A stretch of 64,000 nt of DNA from Octopus vulgaris (taxonomy: Eukaryota). Position numbers and translations under genes: made by a program. The DNA is taken from positions 47,678,001 to 47,742,000 of the forward strand of contig OX597817.1 of the NCBI GenBank assembly GCA_951406725.2, written 5' to 3'. The notes under the pieces are model-generated. The model saw only the letters and a program-made list of their open reading frames with translations, did not search any database and was not told the origin of the DNA. How positions within the stretch are numbered: position 1 is the stretch's first letter; the number at the start of each line of letters is the position of its first letter. Positions 10,851-21,513 of the stretch are shown here, in pieces.

Positions 10851-11267
10851 CTGTAAATATTTAAATATTTAAAAACAAATGACTGTGTAATTAAGAAGCT
10901 TGTTTCACAACGTTGTGATCTTTGGTTCAATCCCACAGCATGGTACCTTGGCCAAGTGTTTTCTACTATAATACCAGGATGAGCAAAGATTTGCACATGG
11001 ACTGGGTAGACAGAAACTAAAAGAAGCCTGCCATGTGTGTGTGTGTATACATACCCTTGTCTTGACATGTTGCAATGATTGTAAACAAGGTTTACTATCA
11101 TACAAGAAATATTGTTTGTTTGTTTCTAGTTTTCCAGGAAAAACATGTCTGGCCATGGGGGAAATTTCAACATGCTTGGAAGCAGGTGAGGGTTGGCAAC
11201 AGGAAAGGCATTCAGCTGTATAAAATTTGTCTTAACAAATTCCACCTGACCCTGCAAGCATAGAAAA

Positions 11268-11541
11268 GGGAGGAGGACGACAAGGAGGAGGATGAGGAGG
11301 TCAACAATGACGAGGATGTTGAGGAGCAGGAGGACGAGCTGGAGCAAGCCAAGGATGAGGAGAATGAGGAGGACAAGGAGCAGGAGGACAAGGAGCAGGA
11401 GGACGAGGAGGATGGGGAGCAGGAGGAGGAGAAAGAGGAGCAGGAGAAAGAGGAGCAGGAGGAAGAGGAGCAGGAGGAAGAGGAGCAGGAGGAAGAGGAG
11501 CAGGAAGAAGAGGTGAAGGAGGAGCAGCAGGACGAGGAGGA
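11268..11541. repeat. Purine-rich (GAG/GAC/CAG) trinucleotide low-complexity tract
   Basis: Follows an RTE-tail repeat end and is probably its expanded tail. Confidence 0.85.
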
Positions 11542-12238
11542 ATTGCTGTGTGGATAAAATGTTTGTTTCACAACAGTTTTAGATTCCAATCCCACTGCGG
11601 AGCACCTTGGACAATGGCCTTCTGTGATACACACCAGTTGACCAACGACATGAGTGAAATTTGGTAGGCAACAACATGGTGTGGCTGTGTGGTTTAGAAG
11701 TTTGCTTCACAACCATGTGCCTTAGAGTTCAGTCTCATTGTGTGACACCATAGGCAAATCTCTTCTATAGGCCAACGAAAGCCTTGAGTGGATTTGGTAG
11801 ATGGAAACTGAGAAAAGCCATCATTACATACATATGCACAGACACATATAATCATGTGTATGTGGGGGGGAGTATGTGTGTCTTTGTGTCCCCTTGCCTT
11901 AACATCATGTGATAGTTGTAAACAAGCGTCACCTTCATGTAAGCGGTGTCAATTTCTAATCTTTCATGAGAAACCTGTCCGGTGATTGAGAAATATTACC
12001 TTACTTGGAAATGGTTGAGGGTAGGTGACAGGAAGGGCACCTGGCAGTAGAAAAATCCACCTTGACAAATTCTGTGCAATCCAGGACAACATGGAAAAGC
12101 AGACATTGACATAACGATGACAGGGGCAAGGTCAATAATTTAGGGTCGGTGGTGAATGAGGGGGTTATATCAACCCCACAATGTAACTAAGACTATTTTT
12201 AACAACTTTGGCAGAAATTTCAGCTGAAAGATAAAGAG

Positions 12239-12549
12239 CAGAAGTTCTCATCTAGGGTCCATACAACAAAATAGTAAATTGGGAATCCACAGTCGTATTT
12301 TAAGGGCCCCTGAAAAAATTTTGCTTTAGATATATGTAATGATATGTATTGCAAGAAATAGTTAAGTTTCTTTCTCTAACATTTTACGTAGTTCAACCTA
12401 CACGAGTTAATGTGTGAAAAACAAAATAGGAGTTTTGAAAGAAGCTTCTATCAAAACTAGTTTTTAAACATCAAATGGTTATGGAGGGCCACAAAAATAA
12501 AATAATAATCAAAGCTGGGTCTATAGATAAAAATGGTTGAGAACCCCTA
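12239..12549. mobile_element. hAT (Charlie-like) MITE
   Basis: Termini CAGAAGTTCTCA / TGAGAACCCCTA; 8-bp TSD ataaagag/atatagag. Confidence 0.7.
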
Positions 12550-13276
12550 ATATAGAGCAAGACATTTTATCTGATTTTCTAAAGATTTGCCATTCTAGTG
12601 CCTCCTCCTGCTCATCATCATCGTTTAACGTCCACTTTCCATGCTGGCATGGGTTGGATGGTTTGATTGAGGACTGACAAGCCAGCAGGCTGCACCAGGT
12701 TCCAATCTGATCTGGCATGGTTTCTACAGCTGAATGCCCTTCCTAATGCCATCCACTTCAAGAGTGTAGTGGGTGCTTTTTACGTGCCACCAACATGAGG
12801 GCCAGTCAGGCAGTACTGGCAACAACCACGCTTGAATGGTGCTTTTTACATGCCACCAACACAGAAGCCAGTCAGGTAGCATAGGCATCAACCACGTTCA
12901 AATGGTGCTTAAATTTTGGCATGAGGCCAACAGTTATTTAGAGATGGGAGAAATCAATGACCTTGCCTCCAGTACTTAGTTAAGCAACTCTGAAAGGATG
13001 AAGGGCAAAGCTTGATACAGACAGAATTTGAACTCAGAATGTAAAGAGTCAAAAGAAATGCCATTAAGCATTTTGTCTGGCTTGGTAATAATTCTGCCAA
13101 TTTGCTGCCTTTTACCATTGTATAATAATGGTAATTCCTTGTCTCAGGAAGCAAATGAAATCTAAGCACCTTAAAAACAACAGCTCTAATATCCACAGGC
13201 ACAATAGGTAAGCAGTTAAAGCATCAGTCTCAGTTAGTAACAATAAGGGTTGCAGGTTCAAACCCAAGCCCAACTC

Positions 13277-13660
13277 GTGGCCGTGTGGTAAGTAGGTTGC
13301 TTACGAACCACATGGTTCCGAGTTCATTCCCACTGCATGGCACCTTGGGCAAGTGTCTTCTACTATAGCCTCAGGCCGACCAAAGCCTTGTGAGTGGATT
13401 TGGTAGACAGAAACTGAAAGAGCCCATCATATATATGTATATGTATGTGTATATGCTTGTGTGTCTGTGTTTGCCTCCCCCAACATTGCTTGACAACCGA
13501 TGGTGGTGTGTTTACGTCGCCGTAACTTAGCGGTTCAGCAAAAGAGACCTATAGAATAAGTACTAGGCTTACAAAGAATAAGTCCTGGGGTCGATTTGCT
13601 CGACTAAAGGCGGTGCTCCATCATGGCCACAGTCAAATGACTGAAACAAGTAAAAGAGTA
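13277..13660 (+). mobile_element. tRNA-derived SINE family B (representative; also ~4972, 34377, 41060, 42953, 47928, 56044)
   Basis: GTGGCCGTGTGGTAAG A box, GAGTTCATTCCC B box, CACCTTGGGCAAGTG core, internal microsatellite, tail GACTGAAACAAGTAAAAGAG. Confidence 0.88.
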
Positions 13661-13795
13661 AAAAAAAGAGTATAGCTGAAAAGAATACCAATTGAAATGT
13701 AACATCAACATCTCAACCAAGTTGAGGAAACAGCCTTAAAAAAAAAATAAATAAGCATCAAAGGTGTAGGCCTTCGTGATGATATATATACTTAC

Positions 13796-13870
13796 TGTTA
13801 GTGGCATAAATCCAGAAGAAGAGAGCTTTTCTGAGCACACCGCCGTTACTAATACTGCTGTGCCACCAAA
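13796..13870 (-). CDS. PNPT1: PNPT1 exon 3
   Basis: tttcag|TTT...ACA|gtaagt; FGGTAVLVTAVCSEKLSSSGFMPLT. Confidence 0.95.
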
Positions 13871-14324
13871 CTGAAATAAAATTTGAAATTTGGTTGAAAT
13901 ATTTCACTACAAATTGAGAACTTTTTACAGTTTAATAGAATGTCTCAGACAAAATACCGCTAAGCATTTCACCTGGCAACGTTTCTGCCAGCTCGCCGCC
14001 TTAGACTTCTTTCGGTTTCTGTCAACCAAATCCACTCACAAGGCTTTGGTGGGCCTGGGATTATACTAGAAGACACTTGCCCAAGGTACCATGCAATGGA
14101 ACTGAACCCAAGACCTCACGGTTGTGAAGCAAGTTTCTTCACTGCAAATACACGCATGTTCCTATAATATTTATCCTAATAACTTACATTAGCCTGTCCT
14201 TTAACTGTATGGAAAATACATGCAAACATGTCATATACACAAGACAAGAATGACGTGCTTATTACTAACAAAAGGGCATAAAACCACCAAAAGGAAAATG
14301 CTGTCTCATTTTTTTAAAGCTTAA

Positions 14325-14522
14325 CCCTTTCAATACCAGCCTGGCTGAAACCACCTCTGGCTCTGTAGTATAAATGTCTTATTTTCATAAGGTTTGAATT
14401 AAAATCGTCCACCAAACCTTAGTCACAATTTCTGTTCCTAACACCAGCTTAAAGATAACAATAATTTTAAATGAATTGAAAGAAACAAAGAGCATCTCAA
14501 TATAAATACGGTAACGAAATGG
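14325..14522. mobile_element. piggyBac-type MITE (family also at 25130-25349, 25381-25567, 63229-63449, 63481-63686)
   Basis: TTAA|CCCTTT ... GG|TTAA with homologous ~200-bp bodies. Confidence 0.8.
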
Positions 14523-15803
14523 TTAATCAAAGGCAAGATAATAATACCCATGACCCTTTACAGGGACTCCGAGAGGAACAGGAAGTAGGAAGGAAGGAAT
14601 CCTTAAACTGGACACCAGGTAAGAAATCTCCCAACAGAGTGACCACTGCTGAAGTCAAACAACCAGAGGCCTAATACTAATGTTAAACTGGGCGATGGAT
14701 TAAATTTAATACATAAAGCATGAGGCTGGCACCTTTATTTTTAATCTCTTCATAATTCTTAAAACAATATAGCTTATATTTAAGATATATCATACAAGAA
14801 TAAGCCACCATAGCGAGATTATGCAAAGGGAAGTAACTCCGGCAAACACTTAGTAACAAGCATGTACAATCCATTTCGTAAAGGTTTCTTACGTAAATAC
14901 AAATCGACCCCAGTACATAACTGGTAATTTATGTTTGTTTGTTGGTTTTCTTGCCCGAGAATTTTGTTAGTTATATACACAACTCACTAGGATTTGAACT
15001 CACAAAACATTTTTCTGACTTGAAAACACCGGTTTTCATCCTCCCCATTTCATATGATTCTTTCATTAAAGCGACGTTAAATTGATTGATTCAACCTCAA
15101 TATATATATATACTGTTGGTATTTAAACATCAAGGAGAAAGTACCCTTTCCTACGTAGTTCCTCGGTCTGCAAGAAATGACAGTCAAATCTTATCCTACT
15201 ATCGTTTTGGAAACGGAAAGGAAAAATTAATAACATGTAGGGACACCATATTTCGTTAAGCAACCGTAAAATACTACAAAGGGTCTGCAAGAAATGACAG
15301 CGAAATGAAAGCGGCGAGCTGGCAGAAACGCTAGCACGCCGGGCGAAATGCGTAGCCAGAGGATGCAAATTTTAATGCATTATGGGATAAGAAGGGAACT
15401 TAGAAGAATTATTTTTGTCACTTGTTATGAGCAATTGGTATAGAACTGCTAAGAATTTGATCAAAAGTATGTTTTTCACTACCAAAATTGTTAGCACATT
15501 AGATAAAAGCAATAAAATGCCCCACAGCATCTCTTCCTGCTATATGTTCTGTGCTCAAATCCTGTTGAGGTCAGCTTTGCCTTTTATCCTTTCAGGGTTG
15601 ATAAAATACATACTGATGTCAATGTAATTGCTTGGCCCCCTCCCCTACAATTTCAGCCTTTGTACCTATAGTAGAAAGAATTTTATTTTAGCTAAGAAAG
15701 TAGGGCAGTGTCCATAGCACTTCCAAATCTTTCTATAGTCACTGCAGTTGATATTTAGCTTCAACTATGAAAAGTCTTATTTATTTGGAAGTATGAGTTA
15801 ATT

Positions 15804-16113
15804 CAGGGCTGGCCAACCTGAGGCCCACGGGCCCACTTGATACTTTCTTGAAATAGGTGACCTCTTCATTGTGTTTAACTTCAAAATAAAATTGTTTGTG
15901 TAAAACATTTGTATGAAAATAAATCTAAAATTTATAAGTGGCAATAAAGCAATAGCCTAGAATTTTATAATTTTAAACAAACGAAAAGTATGAAAAATTC
16001 TTGATTCTATAATTTGATTATTTGACTATTAGTGCATAAAGTATACAAGTGGCTCTCAAAAATTTTTCTGTGATTAAAGTGGTCTGCAGTGTAATTGAAG
16101 TTGACCAGGCCTG
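15804..16113. mobile_element. hAT MITE
   Basis: TIR CAGGGCTGGCCAAC / GTTGACCAGGCCTG; TSD agttaatt/agttaata. Confidence 0.8.
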
Positions 16114-16344
16114 AGTTAATACATACTTCAACAAGGCAGCTTGTTAGCATACTGGACAAGATGCTTTGGTGGCATTTCATCCGTCTTTATATTCCGAGTT
16201 CAAATTCCACTGACATTGACTTTGCTTTTCATTATTTCAGGATCAATAAAATAAATACCAGTTGAATATTGGGGTTGATGTAATTGACTTGTCCCTTCCC
16301 TTGAAATTGCTGGCCTTGTGCCAAAATTTGAAACCAATACATAC

Positions 16345-16405
16345 CTCAACCACTGCAGCACCATCCGCAAATCTGGCATATTTACCCGTAGTTATTTTTA
16401 ATTTC
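16345..16405 (-). CDS. PNPT1: PNPT1 exon 2
   Basis: ttttag|G AAA TTA...GAG|gtatgt; (R)KLKITTGKYARFADGAAVVE. Confidence 0.95.
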
Positions 16406-17238
16406 CTAAAACAAATTAGAAAATAAATCTAAGTAACAAAAAACTATATTCTTTTGCAATTTTATTTTCTTCCAATAAATTTCATTTACACATGTACAAA
16501 AAATAGATGACAAGAGAAAACTAAACACTAGTTTGCAATCAATGAACTGAAATGTCTGGGATACTACTTATGAATTTAATTATACTACACAATTAAAATC
16601 GTTTGAGTAACATGGTATCATAGGCAAGAATATGGCAGGAAGGCAAATTAACAAATTCTCATATCTAAAGAAAATGTGTTGCTCTGGGTAGAACATGTGA
16701 GTCTCTGAACAAAAATGTTTTAAAGACTTTTATGTCTGTACTACACATGCTATTGTATCTAATTAAATTAAGTTCTGAAGGATTGTAATCAAGAAATGGG
16801 AAAGAATAAGAAAAGTAAAATAGTCGAATATACTGAGTTCCATCAGAATAATAAGTGATAATAAAAAGTCTTGATTAAAAATACAATGATGATGTTAAAG
16901 AATTCGTTTTTAATAGTCGAACTCGAAGTAGATAATGCTATAAATAAAAGCGTGTAAATATTGGATTAAAAACCCTTTTGGACAGAGAAGTCGTCAAAGG
17001 CTACCCGTCAGATTCGAACCCTGAAAACACGACAGATGATTGCAAAGTACAATGTTAATTTAAATGCAAGTAATTGTTTTTCGTTCACAGGTACAATGAC
17101 AACTACCTGTCACAATGTTACACAAGGTAACATCGCAACAGGTTTAATATGTACAAGATTTTAGGTTTATATTAAATATTTCCACACATACACATTTTTG
17201 TACTTATTCTCTTTCCGTAAAGTTATCCGTTCCCAAGA

Positions 17239-17584
17239 GGTATGAGGCATTAATCTGCAATTCTGCCAACGAATTTTTTAGAAGCAAAAACCTACTTAAG
17301 TTCTAAAACATAAAGAGCTATTATAAGGTATGAGGCATTAATCTGCAATTCTGCCAACGAATGTTTTTGAAGCGAAAACCTAAAGTTCTAAAACAAAGAA
17401 CTATTATGGGGTATGAGGCATTAATCTGCAATTCCGCCAATTGATCTTTTAGAAGAGAAAACCTACTTAAAAGTTCTAAAACATAAAGAGCTATTATGAG
17501 GTATGAGGCATTAATCTGCAATTCCGCCAACGAATTTTTTAGAAGCGAAAACCTACTTAAAAGTTCTAAAACATAAAGAACTAT
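17239..17584. repeat. Tandem repeat, 4 units of 83-90 bp
   Basis: Units start GGTATGAGGCATTAATCTGCAATT at 17239, 17327, 17410 and 17500. Confidence 0.92.
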
Positions 17585-18139
17585 TTCAAATTAAAGAATA
17601 AAAACTTAATTGAAAGCCAAGTTTTAAAAAAGCCCCTTTAAATGATATTCAATTAACATATTTCGCAGCACAACATTTAATTGAAAAGTTTAAAACGATA
17701 TATTTTATTTTCGTAAAGGAAAAAAAAAAGCCGGTGGCAATGTCATTGAACATAGCAATGACAACAAACAAGATTCCTTCTACGAGACATGGACGGACGT
17801 TGTGACACGCATGCCGCTCCAATAAATAATATAGACAGGTAATGGAAACGGTATCGGAGATTCATTTGGTTTAAGGGTTTGATACAACCAGGGAGAAATT
17901 ATTATTATTATTAATATTAAATATTTTCGTTGTTATCTCTGAATTTTTTACACGGATTTTTTTGAAACGGACAAAACCCTTTGTAACTTTCATCCTGTGT
18001 TTTGTCCCTACAGGTTTTAATTTGATTCTTGTTTAGCCCTTGTGGCCAATAAATAAATAAATTATTATTATTATAGACATATATTGTGGAGAACGAGAAA
18101 ATAAATGAAAGACAGACAGATATATAGATATAAACACAC

Positions 18140-18327
18140 CTCATCCCGATGTCCACATCTATTTCTCCATGCTTACTACGCTTTTGCCAAGCAGTCGTCG
18201 AACTATTCGAAGAGCATCGACAGTGGTGAGGAAATGATTTGATTAAGAAGGAACCGCTGACCTCGGGTCGCCTGTGTTTATAGAAACGAGCGAAGGCAAC
18301 ACGTGCTTGCCTCACGGAGACGGCCAT
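18140..18327 (-). CDS. PNPT1: PNPT1 exon 1 (Arg/Ser-rich mitochondrial presequence)
   Basis: MAVSVRQARVAFARFYKHRRP...DVDIGM; donor AG|GTGTGT; 188 nt, phase 2. Confidence 0.88.
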
Positions 18328-18339
18328 CGTAGTCTGCAA

Positions 18340-18438
18340 ATTCTCGTTTAGATTCTCGTTTATAGTGACGAGACTTTGCCGCGACTTGAATGTGGCGGGA
18401 TTCTTGAAGATCAACAATTGATGTCAATCGATGTGAGT
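18340..18438. promoter_or_regulatory. Candidate bidirectional PNPT1/KNTC1 promoter with an E2F site, a CDE-CHR module and a possible KNTC1 UTR-exon donor
   Basis: TTTGCCGC 18375-82; TGGCGG-gatt-CTTGAA 18393-408; plus-strand GTGAGT donor at 18433; ATTCTCGTTTA twice; locally CpG-rich. Confidence 0.55.
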
Positions 18439-19547
18439 TCATGTTTTTCACCTTATATATTATTTTATTGAAGCCTATTATAAACTTATGTACTACATTA
18501 ATGTTAATAGCAAATATTTATTTAATTTTCCGCACTTTTGGCTTCAAAACGAATAACTATTCATTCATTTTTCTTCACCATGTACAACCATAGATTTTCA
18601 CTCACAACTTAACAAAGTTAGCAAATGGTATTTTCTTCTTTAATTTTACCCTTTAGTGTTTAAACCGGCCAAACTATTCTCCCTATTTTATGTTCCAACT
18701 AGTCAGATATTGTCATTCATAGCTACCTTATTGTGTCATTTTAAAAATATACAATCACATCATTGAAATCTCAAAGTCATGAAATGATGCAAGATTAATT
18801 TTACATGGTGTGAATACATAAGCTTTACATTTGACAAATGTTTCTAGTTGTATTTTCTCATTTCGCGAATGAATTATCTTTCTCCGAACTCTTTTTATTA
18901 TTTAATGCAATATTACATGTTCAATTAATGGGTATATAATCTTCTAGCATTTAAACCGGTTATATCCACCCCCAAATATTCTGTTTTATGTTAAAACCAC
19001 CCAGACTTAGCCTCTCACCACCAACTCTATAATGTCAGTCTGAAGATAAACAATCACATAATTGAAATATGGGACCTACAAGATAATTCGTGATTAATTC
19101 TAAACAATGGGAATAAATAAATAAGCACTATATTTTCTTCCTTCAAGAATGGATTTTTTTCATTGTAATAGTGTATATAGAATTCTATAAACCTAATTGT
19201 GTGTTCGTATATATATATTTCCTATCATGTCTGTAATGGATTTGTGACTATTCGGTGGTACAGAAGTATTTTTTTGACTTCTATCTTTAGCGATACAGGT
19301 ACTCGTGTAGTACCCTTGTGTATATATGTACATATCTAATATTGTATGTATGTATTTTATTAATTTGCCTGTACGGTTGATAATTCGCTTACCACTCGTG
19401 ATGGTATTTTAATAATACTATCCCTATATATATATATATAACGTTATAGTTCGGAATGGTCATTTTGCCAGTTTAGCCAATAAAAACACACGCACTATAT
19501 ATAAACGTACTAATATATATATATATTTAATCAAATCATTGAGTATA

Positions 19548-19975
19548 CAGGGTGGCCCAAAAGTAGGTTTACAGTTATTCAACTATCTCTTTTGTATTCA
19601 TATATTAACAGTTTAGATCTTAATTATATATATAAAAAAAATGGAACCATTATTCAGTAAGATGGAACACCTCCACATTATGCGTTGACAGTAAGAAACG
19701 TCCTTAACCAATCCATTCCACAGCGTTGGTTTGGCAGACTAGGCAGCATGGAATGGCCACAGTGTTCACTTGGCCTGACACTAATGGATTTCTTTTTTTT
19801 GGGTGTTGTAAAGAACAAGGTTTATGCGAAAATTCCCAGAACAGTAAATGAATTTAAAAAATTACATTTCTGACGCATTCACTAAAACTGATGGAGATGG
19901 GAATTTGTGCCAGAGTGTTCTGAAGAGAGGTTTGAAGAATGTTGATAACCGTAAACCTACTTTTGGGCCACCCTG
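19548..19975 (+). mobile_element. Internally deleted Tc1/mariner-superfamily element, DD41D (rosa/Visitor-type)
   Basis: TA TSDs; TIR CAGGGTGGCCCAAAAGTAGGTTTAC; remnant Q*DGTPPH...WPQCSLGLTLMDFFFLG with 41 residues between the two Asp. Confidence 0.88.
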
Positions 19976-20976
19976 TATATGATTTTCTGTTTTGACAAGA
20001 CTCGAAAGTTGTTAACTTTACTTTTAGAAGTATTTCAATTTTTCTTCTACCTTAAGTGTAATAAAGAATCATTTTTTTAAAAATATGAATTAGAAATATC
20101 GCAAAAGAAATTTTATTTACGTTAAACGTAGTTAGATATTTCGCATGTTAGCTTAATTTTGTTGGGACCAATTACATGTATGTTTATTTACATTATAAAG
20201 TGTGTTGTTTCATTAAATTTTTTTTACATATTATTAACCAAACCCAAGTGCCAAAACAAGTTTTTATAACCGAGTCAGACCCTTAGTTTGACCAAAATTC
20301 TTTCCTAAGTTTCTATCGCAAGCACCCTACAGCGAAGCGTTGTGTTTTCTTTTTAGAAACTTTTATTGGAATACAACACGTATGTATATGATTCATATAT
20401 AATACAAAACCACATGAAAACTATAAATCCAAAACCGAGAGGGGGGAAAGAACAAGTTTGAGAGTGGAGGAGGGGCAGTCGTTTAAAATCATCGATTAAA
20501 AAAGATTTTTTTATAGAAACGACTTCAGACCCATTGTTTTGAAGTGTCTGATGCAAAAATTTGAAAAATCCCGGCCAAAACAAAGAAATCCGAATTTAAG
20601 TGAGGCAGCTATTCCCGAAAAATAATATTTTATTCCCTTAGAATTCCTTCCTTTAATTTTATTATAACTATATATAGGATTATGATTATTGTTGCTATTC
20701 TAAATCTTCGGTTTTGGGCAACAGGTCATCTCCGCTGGGTAACAAGTATAAAAATAATAAACAGCAGACTAATAATAAATAGGTTAAATGAAAATAGGCG
20801 AGCGCTTGTGCAATTATTGTTACATTTACACCTAAAAATGGGTGTTTTGATTGAGTAACTATACTGTGGCCATCGAATAAAGATGACACTTTTAAATAAA
20901 ACCTGGTTATTAAATACCAGACTCATTCATTGTCGCTCTGTCGTCTACATTAGAAACGTTTAATTTGTAATGGTGA

Positions 20977-20991
20977 GCGCCAAATTTTGAA
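20977..20991 (+). promoter_or_regulatory. Second E2F + CHR composite element
   Basis: GCGCCAAA (TTTGGCGC on the minus strand) overlapping GCGCC-aaat-TTTGAA. Confidence 0.45.
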
Positions 20992-21287
20992 CTGTCAAAT
21001 CTAAACATTGTGATTAAATCCCAGTCGAGTTTTCATTTTTAAATGGTCTCTTTCTTTCCGATCAACAACTGTTATGAAAAAGGTAGTTTTAATCAGTTCA
21101 AATATATATTTTTTTCTCTTATATTTTAAACCACTTCCATCACTTTTTGTTTTGTTTTTTTTTTCCACCCGCCCACCTCCCCGGGTGGTGGGGTGTCTCA
21201 AAGAAAGTACCTACAAGTAGCACACATCGTTTTCCTGACTACAGGAAGCATTTAATACTCTAGAATCTTCAGCTATAAACGTTTACA

Positions 21288-21513
21288 GGGTACTACTGGG
21301 GAACAGTGGTCCCGGTGCGCGCACTCGCGAATTCGCGCTAGCTAGACGTAAGTAGTCGATCCTAAATAATTTTTTAAACTAACCCTAACCTTAGTTTGTT
21401 TATAAAAATAATTTATTTACTTAGTTTTAAAAAATTATTTAGGATCGACTACTTACGTCTAGCTAGCGCGCACCGGTGGTGAGGGGGGGGGGCACTGTTC
21501 GCTAGTAGTACCC
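21288..21513. mobile_element. Fold-back MITE
   Basis: Outer TIR GGGTACTACTGGGGAACAGTG / CACTGTTCGCTAGTAGTACCC; inner ~45-bp inverted arms; flanks gtttaca/gtttata; CTAACCCTAACC at the centre. Confidence 0.8.

Larger units (their letters stand above)
10468..18327 (-). other. PNPT1: Gene span, 5' part (coding exons 1-4): mitochondrial polyribonucleotide nucleotidyltransferase 1 (PNPase); continues past the window start
   Basis: Spliced peptide MAVSVRQARVAFARF...[89 protein letters not shown] matches the remembered PNPase N-terminus ([26 protein letters not shown]). GT-AG introns, phases 2,0,0,1. Confidence 0.96.

Noticed and set aside
11212-11634. Poly-Ser, Arg-Ser and Glu-rich ORFs resembling SR or acidic proteins
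   Set aside because: Trinucleotide tract attached to an RTE-tail repeat inside PNPT1 intron 3; no splice or homology support.
15165-15300. 19-bp direct repeat GGTCTGCAAGAAATGACAG flanking ~100 bp
   Set aside because: The enclosed sequence has no recognisable element ends; a TSD cannot be distinguished from a local duplication.
17239-17584. CRISPR-like appearance (constant core plus intervening sequence)
   Set aside because: The intervening parts are also repeated rather than unique spacers; eukaryotic intron; no cas genes.
17917-18417. 166-aa single ORF
   Set aside because: Only 18327-18140 is coding (PNPT1 exon 1); the rest is upstream sequence and intron read-through.
20695-20889. 64-aa hydrophobic ORF between the genes
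   Set aside because: Non-ATG start, AT-rich composition and no recognisable motif.
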